Below the pieces are notes generated by a model. It was not told where the DNA came from and ran no database searches. It saw only the letters and a program-made list of their open reading frames with translations. Positions 29,357 to 38,351 of a stretch of DNA of 64,000 nucleotides are shown here, in pieces. Numbering within the stretch: the first letter of the stretch is position 1; each line of letters starts with the position of its first letter. Origin of the DNA: an uncultured Gammaproteobacteria bacterium (GTDB lineage: Bacteria; Patescibacteriota; Patescibacteriia; Magasanikbacterales; JBBTXJ01). Made by a program: the position numbers and the translations under genes. The stretch spans positions 108,781-172,780 of the forward strand of contig CAZSVL010000001.1 in NCBI GenBank assembly GCA_964610305.1, in the 5' to 3' direction.

Positions 29357-30162
29357 AAATCTGTATTGAGAACAGCTACGGTTGAGAGGCGCGATAGATC
29401 TGCGCTCGGATTAAGCGTTGCCTCTTGAAAGGGCGCGTAATCCTCTTTTTTAACACTTGAAATCACACCAATAAGCAAGCCACGGGGAATATGTGTTTGC
29501 AATCCAGAAGCAATAATAAGATCTCCTCCATTGAGTTGCTCTTCTTGCAAGACGGTTGTTAATTTTATGCCTATACCAAATCCACCTTGTACAATGCCGA
29601 TTGATTTATCTGCACTGAGAACAGACGCTGCAATGGAACTTTGGGAGTCGTTTATAAGGCGTACCACTGAGCTTCTCTTGTCTACTTTTGCCACGGTACC
29701 TACAAGGACTCCTTCTGAGACAATTACTGCGGCTCCTTGTTTTATTCCATCTTGCTCTCCCCTATTTATTATGAGCGCAGAGCTGGTGTTATCTATCGTT
29801 TTTCCTACCACCGTTGCTATGACGGTTTCATAGTTTGTTTTATTTTGAAATCTGAGCTGCTCACGGAGTTCTTGGTTTTCTTCTTGCAGGAGTGCCGTGT
29901 TTGCGGCTTTTTGTTGCAGCAGCATTATTCTTTCCTTGGCATCTTCAATTTCTTGTAGCAACTCTTTTTTGTTCCTAAAATAGGCGCTCGCCCCGCCAAC
30001 GGAATGTGCTGCCTTAGATATGGTTCCAATGAGTGGATTGGTTACCCGTTGCAGCCCTCTTTCCACAGGGGCCAGTATTCCAGAGTAGTGAAGTGCAAGA
30101 AGCAGCATGGTTAGTGCTGCTATAAATCCTATGTGACGGCTTGAGACAGGGTTATTTTTCAT
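29353..30162 (-). CDS. mreC: rod shape-determining protein MreC
   Basis: N-terminal TM, coiled-coil, C-terminal beta domains; position in the mreBCD operon. Confidence 0.85.
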   Translation of the reverse strand: MKNNPVSSRHIGFIAALTMLLLALHYSGILAPVERGLQRVTNPLIGTISKAAHSVGGASAYFRNKKELLQEIEDAKERIMLLQQKAANTALLQEENQELREQLRFQNKTNYETVIATVVGKTIDNTSSALIINRGEQDGIKQGAAVIVSEGVLVGTVAKVDKRSSVVRLINDSQSSIAASVLSADKSIGIVQGGFGIGIKLTTVLQEEQLNGGDLIIASGLQTHIPRGLLIGVISSVKKEDYAPFQEATLNPSADLSRLSTVAVLNTDL

Positions 30163-31195
30163 GCGTGTTGTCTAAGGTGACTTCTTTGAGCATGCGTAGA
30201 TCCTCTAAGAGTACTCCCGTGCCGCGGACAACACAGGTGAGCGGATCGTCGGCAAGACGAACGGGAATGCCGGTTGCTTTTGCAATGACGCGCGGCAAGC
30301 CGCGTAGCAGCGCTCCCCCGCCGGTCATAAGCATACCGCGCTCGTGTATATCTGCAACTAATTCTGGTGGCGTGTTTTCCAGCCCCGCTTTTACGCTTTC
30401 TATAATAGTAGCGATGGATCTTTTAAGAGCCTCTCTTACTTGGCCAGAGCTGATGGTTACTTCTTTTGGCAGTCCAGTGATAAGATCTCTTCCGCGCATG
30501 GGATAATTAATTTCTTCTCTGAGGGCTGTGGCGCTGCCGGCTTTTATTTTGATATTTTCTGCATGACGCTCACCTATAAGCAGGTTAAAAACTTCCTGTG
30601 CGTATTGAACAATATTTTTGTTCATTTCTTGGCCTGCGATGGTAATTGATTTCCATGTCACCACACCACCAAGAGAGATGGTGGCAATTTCGGTGTTTCC
30701 GGCGCCTACGTCTACAATAAAGTTTCCAACAGGCTCTTCTATGGGCATACGTGCTCCAATGGCGGCCGCCATTGGCTCCTCTACTATATACACCTCTCTA
30801 GCGCCGGCTGCTAGTGTTGCGTCTTCAATAGCCTTTCTTTCAACTTCTGTAATTTCCAGAGGTGCGCCTATGACCACGCGCGGTCTTGGAACAAACGTAA
30901 AGCTTTTTTCATGCACTTTATCTATGAAATACTTAAGCATTTTCTCCGTTACTTCATAATCGGCAATGATGCCAGCGGCAAGCGGTCTGCTTGTTTGAAT
31001 ATGACCTGGCGTCTTGCCCACCATCTCTAGCGCCTCCTTTCCAACGGCCAAAATGTGCTCTGTACGCACGTTTATGGCCACCACACTTGGTTCTTGTATC
31101 ACAATACCCTTGTCTGCTGCGTAGACAAGGGTATTGGCCGTTCCAAGATCTATGCCAATATCTCTGCTAAATTTTCCGAAGAATTTACCCAGCAT
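30152..31195 (-). CDS. mreB: rod shape-determining protein MreB (actin homologue)
   Basis: IGIDLGTANTLVY phosphate-1 and further actin-fold motifs. Confidence 0.95.
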   Translation of the reverse strand: MLGKFFGKFSRDIGIDLGTANTLVYAADKGIVIQEPSVVAINVRTEHILAVGKEALEMVGKTPGHIQTSRPLAAGIIADYEVTEKMLKYFIDKVHEKSFTFVPRPRVVIGAPLEITEVERKAIEDATLAAGAREVYIVEEPMAAAIGARMPIEEPVGNFIVDVGAGNTEIATISLGGVVTWKSITIAGQEMNKNIVQYAQEVFNLLIGERHAENIKIKAGSATALREEINYPMRGRDLITGLPKEVTISSGQVREALKRSIATIIESVKAGLENTPPELVADIHERGMLMTGGGALLRGLPRVIAKATGIPVRLADDPLTCVVRGTGVLLEDLRMLKEVTLDNTHEK

Positions 31196-32411
31196 GGGAG
31201 CATTTTTTGATTGCCCCCTCCGTTGTTAATAGGTGTGTTTTGCTGCTGCTGCGTTTTTTGTATTCTACTTTTGTACCTGTTTTTTTACTGACCACCAGCC
31301 GATGCGGTATTCCTATCAGATCACTGTCAGCAAACTTTGCGCCAGGGCTTACGTCTCTGTCATCATAGAGTACCTCTATTCCCATTTTTTGTAGTTTTTT
31401 GTAGAGCTTCTCGGCTTTGCCAATTACGGATTTGTCATCTCCAAGTGCAATAAGATGAACGCCAAAAGGAGCTACTGCCCCTGGCCATATCATGCCACGC
31501 TCGTCATGGCTTACCTCTATGATGGATCCTAAAATGCGGCTTGGGCCAATGCCGTAGCAGCCCATAATTATATCCTGCTTTTTTCCGTTCTTTGTGGAAA
31601 CTGAAAAGTTAAAGTCTTTTGAGAAGCGGCATTTTAGCGGAAAAATGTTTCCCACTTCAATGGCTTTAATGATGGAATATTTTTTCTCATTTTTGAGATC
31701 TTTTTTACTGACGATTTCTTTGTTAAAGGCCTCTTTTGTTTTTTTGTCTATGTAAATATGATCCTCGCCAGCTTCCGTTGCCACCTGAAATTCGTGGGAG
31801 AATTTGGAAAAGACACCGCCGTCTGCAGCTACTACCATGGCCTGCAGGCCGCAGCGTTTGTAAATTTTTAAGTAAGCCTTTTTTGATTTTTCATAAAATC
31901 TATCAAAATCAGCCTGCGTTAGATGAAAGCTGTAGAGATCTTTCATAGAAAATTCCCTGCCGCGCAGCAGGCCAGATTTGGCGCGTGGTTCATCCCTAAA
32001 CTTATCTTGTATCTGGTAGACAGCCACCGGAAGATCTTTATAGGAGGTGACAAATTTTTTAACCAGTGGCGTGATTACTTCCTCATGGGTAGAGCCCAGT
32101 GCATACTCTTTATCTCCGCTTCCCTTGAGCTTAAAGTTTACCTCAATTTTGTCCCAACGGTCTGTGGTGTCCCACAACTCTTTGGGAACAAGCGCTGGCA
32201 TGAGTACTTCTTGAGCTCCCAGGGCGTTCATTTCTTCCCTGACGATATTTTTAATTTTTTCCAATACACGCAGCCCAAGCGGTAGATAAGAATATACACC
32301 TGCGGCCACTTTATCAATAAAACCTGCTCGCTGAAGAAGTATGGCATTTACGCTCACCTCTCCCTTTGGAGTTTCTTTAGATGTTTTGGTAAATAGATGA
32401 GATTGACGCAT
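31185..32411 (-). CDS. proS: proline--tRNA ligase (short bacterial-type without editing insertion)
   Basis: class II motifs; likely start at MRQSHLF (cat at 32409-32411); ORF-track start 32471 would overlap the upstream gene. Confidence 0.9.
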   Translation of the reverse strand: MRQSHLFTKTSKETPKGEVSVNAILLQRAGFIDKVAAGVYSYLPLGLRVLEKIKNIVREEMNALGAQEVLMPALVPKELWDTTDRWDKIEVNFKLKGSGDKEYALGSTHEEVITPLVKKFVTSYKDLPVAVYQIQDKFRDEPRAKSGLLRGREFSMKDLYSFHLTQADFDRFYEKSKKAYLKIYKRCGLQAMVVAADGGVFSKFSHEFQVATEAGEDHIYIDKKTKEAFNKEIVSKKDLKNEKKYSIIKAIEVGNIFPLKCRFSKDFNFSVSTKNGKKQDIIMGCYGIGPSRILGSIIEVSHDERGMIWPGAVAPFGVHLIALGDDKSVIGKAEKLYKKLQKMGIEVLYDDRDVSPGAKFADSDLIGIPHRLVVSKKTGTKVEYKKRSSSKTHLLTTEGAIKKCSHAG

Positions 32412-32412
32412 A

Positions 32413-32928
32413 TTATTTAGATCTGGCTTTGCCACCAAAAGCTTGTGATAGAAAGACTGATTCAAAAACAAGGAGTGAGAATATAAGTAGTAGCGCGCTC
32501 CACCAGGTTAGCATATCGGCCGCTTTCATGTACAGAGATGCTACCACTATCATGGCAAGCAGGATTCCTTGTCTAAAACTTTTTTTTACATGGGCGAATA
32601 ATACTGATGGTTGTTTGTGTTTAATATGACTTGCGGTAAAACCAATGACAGAAAAACTGCCGACAAGAGCCAGAAATAAGCTGGCATAAAAAAAGAAAAA
32701 AATGTACCAGGGAGAATGCGTAGGATCAGTTGAACCAGCCACCAGCGCCCACGCTACCCAGCAGATTATAGTACCCAGCAGCATGAAGCCAATATAATGC
32801 TTAAGTGACATAGCTACGCAAAATATCTTATGCGGTCTACTAATTTTTCTCCGAGCGCCTCTTCTAGTTTGCCCAAAATTTGCGGCTCGTTTAATTTGAG
32901 CTCTTGAGCTACCGTAGAGCTTGAGCAA
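32413..32928 (-). CDS. hypothetical membrane protein
   Basis: four hydrophobic segments; real start probably internal (MSLKHYIGF) because the 5' part overlaps the upstream ORF. Confidence 0.4.
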   Translation of the reverse strand: MLKLYGSSRAQIKRAANFGQTRRGARRKISRPHKIFCVAMSLKHYIGFMLLGTIICWVAWALVAGSTDPTHSPWYIFFFFYASLFLALVGSFSVIGFTASHIKHKQPSVLFAHVKKSFRQGILLAMIVVASLYMKAADMLTWWSALLLIFSLLVFESVFLSQAFGGKARSK

Positions 32929-33107
32929 CTAATGGTGAGTGTTCTGTTTTTAATATACAGCGGTTTCATCATAGACTTTACCTCATCATCAAAAACCTCT
33001 CCCAGTACTTTGTCTGCCGTCTCCACTATATTTGCAGCCTCTACACCTTTGGCCACATCTCCCTTTTGTTGAACGGTTTGCTTTACAATTTTTCCAAGTG
33101 GTTGCAT
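32814..33107 (-). CDS. hypothetical protein (DUF721/DciA-like small protein)
   Basis: about 97 aa from MQPLGKIVKQ; abuts the helicase-nuclease stop (TGA 33109-33111). Confidence 0.35.
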   Translation of the reverse strand: MQPLGKIVKQTVQQKGDVAKGVEAANIVETADKVLGEVFDDEVKSMMKPLYIKNRTLTISCSSSTVAQELKLNEPQILGKLEEALGEKLVDRIRYFA

Positions 33108-33108
33108 A

Positions 33109-36054
33109 TCATGCTCTAAATTCGCATATGTCTTTAAATTCACAGTAGTTGCAGGTCACCGGATTTGGCTTTGGAGAGAATTCTCTCTTTTGGATTCCAG
33201 CGATCAAGGTTAGAATGGTTTCTTTGTATGTCTGCAAGTCCTGCTCTGTACCGCTAAAAGATTTTTCGCTGCCGTCGCTTAGATAATAATACGTAAGCTG
33301 CATGGGGCCGCTTGCGTGCAGCTCTGGCATCTCTTTTGCTGCCATTTGATACAAAAGCAGCTGCTGCTTATCCGTAGGAGAGAGTCTCTCTTTGGGCCGA
33401 CCCGTTTTGTAATCTATAATGGTTAGCTGATTGCCTTCTTTATCAATGCGATCAATAAACCCGCGTAGCGTATGAGATTCAACTTTTAGCTTAAATCCTT
33501 TCTCTAGCAGCAGTGGTATTGTCCACCCTTTTTCTGACTGTTGTTTATAAAACAATTGTAGCATGTTTTGGCCTTCCTCAAAATATGCAGCGCGTTGCGT
33601 GTCATCAATAAACCAGTCATCTCTCCAGAGTTCTTTGTAGATTGTAAGCAGCTCTGGCAGAGCTGGCACGAACACGCCTTCACCCTTTGGTGTGGGCTCA
33701 GAGAATAAATCTGCTTGCTTTGTTGCGTTAAGTTCAGCGACGCGCTGATAAAAACGCTGTAATGTTGCGTGAATAGTGTTACCAAAAACCATGGCAGCTG
33801 ATTGCCTACTTTTAATACCTAAGACGTGCGCATATTTATACTGCAAAGGACAATCGGCATAAGATTTAAGTTGGCTGTGTGAATAACTCTTTGGCAACGG
33901 CAGCAGTGGATTCTGGCTTTTTGGTTGTAGATCTGTTTTTGCTACTTTGAGAATATCAAACGTAGATTCTGGCAACGTGTTTTCAATCCCAGCTTCTTTG
34001 ATAAAGCGTGAAATCTTGCGCTGAGTTTTTCCTCCGTAGGATTGCGCGCTGGTGAGCGTTACTGATAGCCGTGCTCTGGTTAGGGCAACATAAAAGAGCC
34101 TTCTCTCTTCTTGCAAATGGTGATCACCTTCTGGAACATTCTCCTTTATAAGCGCCTCAGGGATCTGAATTTTCTCCCTGCGTCCTCTGCTAGGAAATCG
34201 CTGCTCAACCATGTTTACTATAAACACATGGTCAAATTCTAGTCCTTTAGCGCTGTGCGCCGTTAAGAGCGCAACAGCATCTTGTCCAAAACCTGCATCT
34301 GTTGGGCTGCTCCCCTGCTCTCCACTTGCAAGTAAATCTTGCGTAAACAGTACAAATTCTTTTGCAGACATTTCTGCTGCCTGCGTCTCTATCATCTCAA
34401 AAAATGCTTTAAGCTGGAGCAGATCATCTATTGCCGATGGCTCTCCAGATTGTTCAGCGAGCGTCAAAGATTTCAAATAACCGGTTTCCTCCAAAAAAAT
34501 TAGCAGTACATTAGTAATGCTACTCTTTTTCTCTGCCCGCGCGCCATTACTTACAGAAGACAGAAGCTTTTTTATTTTTGAATGACCATCTTGCGACAGC
34601 ATGATCAGCCCTTGAGAGACAAGTTTGAGGACATCAGATAATGTCTTGCCTTTTCTCTCGCTTGAATTCCACAGTATGCTCTGATCCTCGTGGCTGAGTG
34701 TAAAGGGTGGCAGGCGCAAAAGTCTAAACCATGCGTTTTGATCATGAGTATTGTTTACAGCGCGCAGCACGGCAATACAATCTAAAACTACTCTTGTTTT
34801 AAGCAGGCCAGTCGCGGCGCCATAGTGGCAAGGAATGTGAGCATTTTGTAGTCCGCGTAAAAAAGGTTGAATATGCGTATTGGCTCTGGCGAGTATTGCT
34901 ATGTTTTGTGCCGGAGTACCATCTTCAAGAAGCTCCTGAATTTTTTTGACCACGGTTTGTACCTCAGTGTCACTGGTGTCTACATGTAGGTGAGATACCG
35001 CGCCCTTTGACGGGTTGTTTGCTGTTAGTTTTTTATCAATGTTTTGACGAACTTCAAGACGATCAGGATTATTATTTTGTATAAGAGTATATGCAGCGTC
35101 TAGTATACCCTGACCGCTTCTGTAGTTTTCTTTTAGGATAATGGTCTTTGCGCCGTCAAAATCTTTAGCGAAAGACAAGACATTGCTGACCGAAGCGCCG
35201 CGCCACTTATAAATGCTCTGATCGTCGTCTGCCACAACGGTTAAATGCTCGCCATTGCCAGATAACTTTTTGATTAGTTCGTACTGTGCGTAATTAGTAT
35301 CCTGAAATTCATCAACCAGTATATACTGGTATTTTTTTTGAAGAGCTTCTTTTATGTTTGGTCTTTGCTCAAGCAAGGTGTTGCTGTAGCTGATTAAATC
35401 CCCAAAATCAAGAAGGTTTTCTTTTAGCTTGAGTTGTTCAAAAGTGTGATATGCACGCGCCACCTCATCAATGCGCGCATATTCAAGCATGTCAGAGTCT
35501 TCTTTTTCAATCTGTTTTTTTGACATTGACCTTCTATACTCGGCTATATCAGTGTCGCCTCTGAGCTCTGTTGCGTATTGCAAGTAGTGTTCTGGCGTAA
35601 TAAGCTCATCTTTGCAACGCGAGAAATGTTGGAGGAGTGCAGAAATAAGTGACGTAGGATTTTGAAATGGTCGGTAGTAATGCAGATCAAATTGATCCAA
35701 GTTGTTTTTAAAAAGTTGCCAGCTTTGGGGTGGCGTAATGAGTTTAAAAGGGGTTGGCAATCCTAAATCTAAACCGTATCCCTCTAGTATGTTTTGACAA
35801 AATCTGTGAAAAGTTCCCGCAAAGATGTCAACGGGTTTTTGAAGAAGAGAATCCACACGTTCAGAAAGCTCGGTTGCTGCTTTTTCAGTAAAAGAGAGGG
35901 CAACAATGCTTTGTGGGTTAGCACCATTGCTTAGCAGCTCCGCAACGCGCCTCGTGATAACCGTTGTTTTCCCTGTCCCGGCGCCAGCAATAATTAAAAG
36001 AGGACTTTTTGTGTGAGACACGGCCGCTTGCTGTTGGCTGTTGAGGCTATCCAT
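33109..36054 (-). CDS. ATP-dependent helicase-nuclease: UvrD/PcrA-family SF1 helicase fused to a C-terminal Cas4/AddB-like PD-(D/E)XK nuclease with Cys cluster
   Basis: N-terminus AGAGTGKTTVITRR (Walker A) and UvrD motifs; C-terminus GFIDRID...IIDYKTG (PD-(D/E)XK) and YADCP...CNYCEFKDIC four-Cys motif; likely start MDSLNSQ (cat 36052-36054). Confidence 0.85.
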   Translation of the reverse strand: MDSLNSQQQAAVSHTKSPLLIIAGAGTGKTTVITRRVAELLSNGANPQSIVALSFTEKAATELSERVDSLLQKPVDIFAGTFHRFCQNILEGYGLDLGLPTPFKLITPPQSWQLFKNNLDQFDLHYYRPFQNPTSLISALLQHFSRCKDELITPEHYLQYATELRGDTDIAEYRRSMSKKQIEKEDSDMLEYARIDEVARAYHTFEQLKLKENLLDFGDLISYSNTLLEQRPNIKEALQKKYQYILVDEFQDTNYAQYELIKKLSGNGEHLTVVADDDQSIYKWRGASVSNVLSFAKDFDGAKTIILKENYRSGQGILDAAYTLIQNNNPDRLEVRQNIDKKLTANNPSKGAVSHLHVDTSDTEVQTVVKKIQELLEDGTPAQNIAILARANTHIQPFLRGLQNAHIPCHYGAATGLLKTRVVLDCIAVLRAVNNTHDQNAWFRLLRLPPFTLSHEDQSILWNSSERKGKTLSDVLKLVSQGLIMLSQDGHSKIKKLLSSVSNGARAEKKSSITNVLLIFLEETGYLKSLTLAEQSGEPSAIDDLLQLKAFFEMIETQAAEMSAKEFVLFTQDLLASGEQGSSPTDAGFGQDAVALLTAHSAKGLEFDHVFIVNMVEQRFPSRGRREKIQIPEALIKENVPEGDHHLQEERRLFYVALTRARLSVTLTSAQSYGGKTQRKISRFIKEAGIENTLPESTFDILKVAKTDLQPKSQNPLLPLPKSYSHSQLKSYADCPLQYKYAHVLGIKSRQSAAMVFGNTIHATLQRFYQRVAELNATKQADLFSEPTPKGEGVFVPALPELLTIYKELWRDDWFIDDTQRAAYFEEGQNMLQLFYKQQSEKGWTIPLLLEKGFKLKVESHTLRGFIDRIDKEGNQLTIIDYKTGRPKERLSPTDKQQLLLYQMAAKEMPELHASGPMQLTYYYLSDGSEKSFSGTEQDLQTYKETILTLIAGIQKREFSPKPNPVTCNYCEFKDICEFRA

Positions 36055-36080
36055 GGTGGTCAGTTTAACACAGCGTATGA

Positions 36081-36123
36081 AAATTAAAAAAGGCACACAA
36101 TGTCCGGCAGGATAGAGTGTGCC
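36081..36123 (-). terminator. intrinsic terminator (minus strand) in the alr 3' region
   Basis: hairpin ggcacac (36092-36098) / gtgtgcc (36117-36123); plus-strand A-run 36084-36091 gives a T-run on the minus strand. Confidence 0.45.
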
Positions 36124-36260
36124 CCGTGAGGCGGCTAACGCACCTCGGTGACAGTTCTTGAACTTTCACGATGACGTGCAATCAAAGCAAGAAAGCGAAG
36201 GGGTTAGCCTCTTGCGAGCCCTTCTTAACAGGAGGAGTATAACGCACGCGCCTTTTTTTG

Positions 36261-37367
36261 TCAAGAAACAAAGCGTCTTTGGACTCTGTTGCCAAAGCTG
36301 CAGATGACGTCATACGGATGCGTGCCTTTTTTACGCGCCCATTGTGCTACACGCAGCTCATTGTCTAGTAGCACTACTTCATCACCTACCTCAGCCTGTG
36401 GTACATCATCAAGCAGAACCGTTGTGTAATCCATGCTAATGCGTCCTATCATGGGGCATTTTATTCCGTGCACTGTAGCCTGCCCGTTGTTGGTTAGCGC
36501 AAAGGGTATTCCATCTGCATAACCGGCGGCTATGGTGCCTACGGTGCATGGTTTTTGCAGTGTGTACATTTTTCCGTAGCCAATACTGCTTCCCGCGGGC
36601 AGTTTTCTTACGGCAACAAGTTTTGATTTTAGTGTCATGGCCGGAAGCAGATTGTAGGCTCGGTTTCCTTCTATGTCAAAAATGCCGTATAGGTTTATTC
36701 CTGTACGGACTCCGGTAAATGGGTGACTATAGCTCTCCGGGATATTATTTATAGCGTCAGAGCTGCCTATGTGGATATTTTTAAAAGTTATTCCCCTACT
36801 CCTAAGCTTTGACAGAAGATTTGTAAAAGTTTCTATCTGAGAGATGGTAAATTCTCTATCTCCGTAAGCGTGGGGAAAATGAGAATATATGCCGGCTATA
36901 TTTAATTTTGGAAGCGAGCAGATTTCTTCAATTACCGATACAATATGGCCACCCGTCATTCCTAACCTTCCCATGCCAGTGTCTATAAGTAAGTGACAGG
37001 TAGCAGTTTTGCCTTGTTTGCGAGCCTCTAGACTCAAGCGGTATGCTGTGCGGCGATCCCCAATAGGCGCTACAATATCATGTTGTATTACTGCAGGGAT
37101 TTCCTCTTCTAAAAGTGTGCCTACAATATGGGGCTTTAGACCAGCTTTTTTTATCCACAAGGCTTCCCGAAGATCCGCAAGTCCCACCGATGTTGCTCCT
37201 GCATGAGCAAGTGTCTTGGCTATCATTTGGGGCTCACCAAGGCCGTAGGCATTAGCTTTAAGAACTGGCATTACCTCTAGTGGACTTACTTTTTCTTTGA
37301 TTGTCCTAAAATTGTGAGCTATGGCGCTCAGTTTTATTTCTAGCCATACGCGCGCATAATTTTGCAT
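36261..37367 (-). CDS. alr: alanine racemase
   Basis: PLP-lysine motif VLKANAYGLG, GRISMDY and the second catalytic-Tyr region. Confidence 0.9.
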   Translation of the reverse strand: MQNYARVWLEIKLSAIAHNFRTIKEKVSPLEVMPVLKANAYGLGEPQMIAKTLAHAGATSVGLADLREALWIKKAGLKPHIVGTLLEEEIPAVIQHDIVAPIGDRRTAYRLSLEARKQGKTATCHLLIDTGMGRLGMTGGHIVSVIEEICSLPKLNIAGIYSHFPHAYGDREFTISQIETFTNLLSKLRSRGITFKNIHIGSSDAINNIPESYSHPFTGVRTGINLYGIFDIEGNRAYNLLPAMTLKSKLVAVRKLPAGSSIGYGKMYTLQKPCTVGTIAAGYADGIPFALTNNGQATVHGIKCPMIGRISMDYTTVLLDDVPQAEVGDEVVLLDNELRVAQWARKKGTHPYDVICSFGNRVQRRFVS

Positions 37368-37392
37368 AGATTGGATGGTATCACTTTCTACA

Positions 37393-37792
37393 AATAAAAA
37401 AAATGCCCCCGCTGCGTTACAAGAAGGCAGCGAGGGCGGTGTAGGTGCGCGTTTACGCCTTTGTTGGGGATAAGGCTCCCCTTGGCCGTAGTGATTGGGT
37501 GGATCAGGCGCGCTGTGAGCGCATTATCCTCCGCTTTCGCGCTATGAGGAACCCTTTGGGGTGATCAGCCCAGACTAATACCGCAAGGCGGTGTTTTCTC
37601 ATTAGTCCTCAATACCTTTTGATCAGTCTCTCCTTGCCTCTCGGCTTTCCCTATTATATGGGTGCTGGCGTCCCAGCTGTGGTCTATCCCCTGCGTTCGT
37701 TTTTTTTGGCGTTAGGCCTGCAAGTGGAGCTCCCGGGGATAAAAGGAAGCATGCCGCCTGCCTCGCGAAAAGAGCAGCCATGGCTCATTCCG
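37393..37792 (-). ncRNA. candidate structured RNA, unit B (about 400 nt, GC-rich), own promoter and terminator, immediately upstream of alr
   Basis: minus-strand promoter 37800-37828, intrinsic terminator hairpin gcccccgctgc/gcagcgagggc with T-run (plus coordinates 37393-37437), no long ORF, about 57% GC; shares a conserved core with unit A, with compensatory changes. Confidence 0.5.
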
Positions 37793-37799
37793 TTAACAC

Positions 37800-37828
37800 A
37801 GTATAGCACAAAATACGCATTTTGTCAA
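37800..37828 (-). promoter_or_regulatory. minus-strand sigma70 promoter TTGACA-17-TATACT with TGTGC extension
   Basis: the plus-strand motifs tgtcaa (37823-37828) and agtata (37800-37805), 17 nt apart, give TTGACA-N17-TATACT on the minus strand. Confidence 0.6.
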
Positions 37829-37884
37829 GGGGTAGATTGACAAAATACGCTTATTTTAGCCAATTTTAGGGTCTTATTTTGAGT

Positions 37885-38164
37885 AAAAAAAGGACCCCGC
37901 GAGCATCTACCGTTAAGTAGTGCCACGGGGTCGAGGAAGCTATGAGCAGGTTGGGAGCGCCAGGCGCGTTATTCCTCCACAGCATTTTCAGCCGTATTAG
38001 AGGAGTCCCTTTAGGGGGATCAGCCCAGAGCACAGCCACAAAGTGGTGTTTTTCAGTGCTCTCCTTACTCACGATTACGGTCTCTCCTTGTTGCCCCTAA
38101 GAATTTATCGGGGTCGTGGATGGTGGTCCTGCCAGGGCAGACGTTGAATGGTATTAAAGAATCG
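37885..38164 (-). ncRNA. candidate structured RNA, unit A (about 280 nt), paralogue of unit B
   Basis: minus-strand promoter 38171-38199; terminator hairpin gaccccgtg...cgcggggtc plus T-run (plus coordinates 37885-37932); conserved blocks ...GAAAAACACC-hairpin-CUGGGCUGAUC.CCC.AAAGGG...GGAGGAUAAYGCGC-loop-GCGC shared with unit B. Confidence 0.5.
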
Positions 38165-38170
38165 GATTAA

Positions 38171-38199
38171 AGTATAGCAGAAAAAACGTATTTTGTCAA
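38171..38199 (-). promoter_or_regulatory. minus-strand sigma70 promoter TTGACA-17-TATACT with TGC extension
   Basis: plus-strand agtata 38171-38176 and tgtcaa 38194-38199, spacer 17. Confidence 0.6.
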
Positions 38200-38226
38200 G
38201 TGGTCTTTGACACGTGTTCTTTTTTT

Positions 38227-38299
38227 GTCATCCTGAACCGAAGGTGAAGGATCTCCTGCCGCGCGATGGTATGAGATCCTTCACTGCGTTCAGGATGAC
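38227..38299. repeat. MITE/REP-like hairpin element GTCATCCTGAAC...GTTCAGGATGAC
   Basis: 12-nt perfect terminal inverted repeats (38227-38238 and 38288-38299) enclosing a second inverted repeat gtgaaggatctc/gagatccttcac; same termini as the elements at 26251-26337 and 40212-40296. Confidence 0.65.
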
Positions 38300-38351
38300 G
38301 CTTATGGGTTTTGTCAATTAAAAAACCCAGATGGTTAGTCCGGGAGAATTT

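Noticed and set aside
37393-38164. tmRNA, RNase P, T-box or known riboswitch for the tandem RNAs upstream of alr
   Set aside because: No tRNA-like acceptor/T-arm or tag-reading-frame features, no T-box AATTAGGGTGGTACCGCG-like sequence, and no RNase P conserved blocks. Retained as unclassified structured RNAs.
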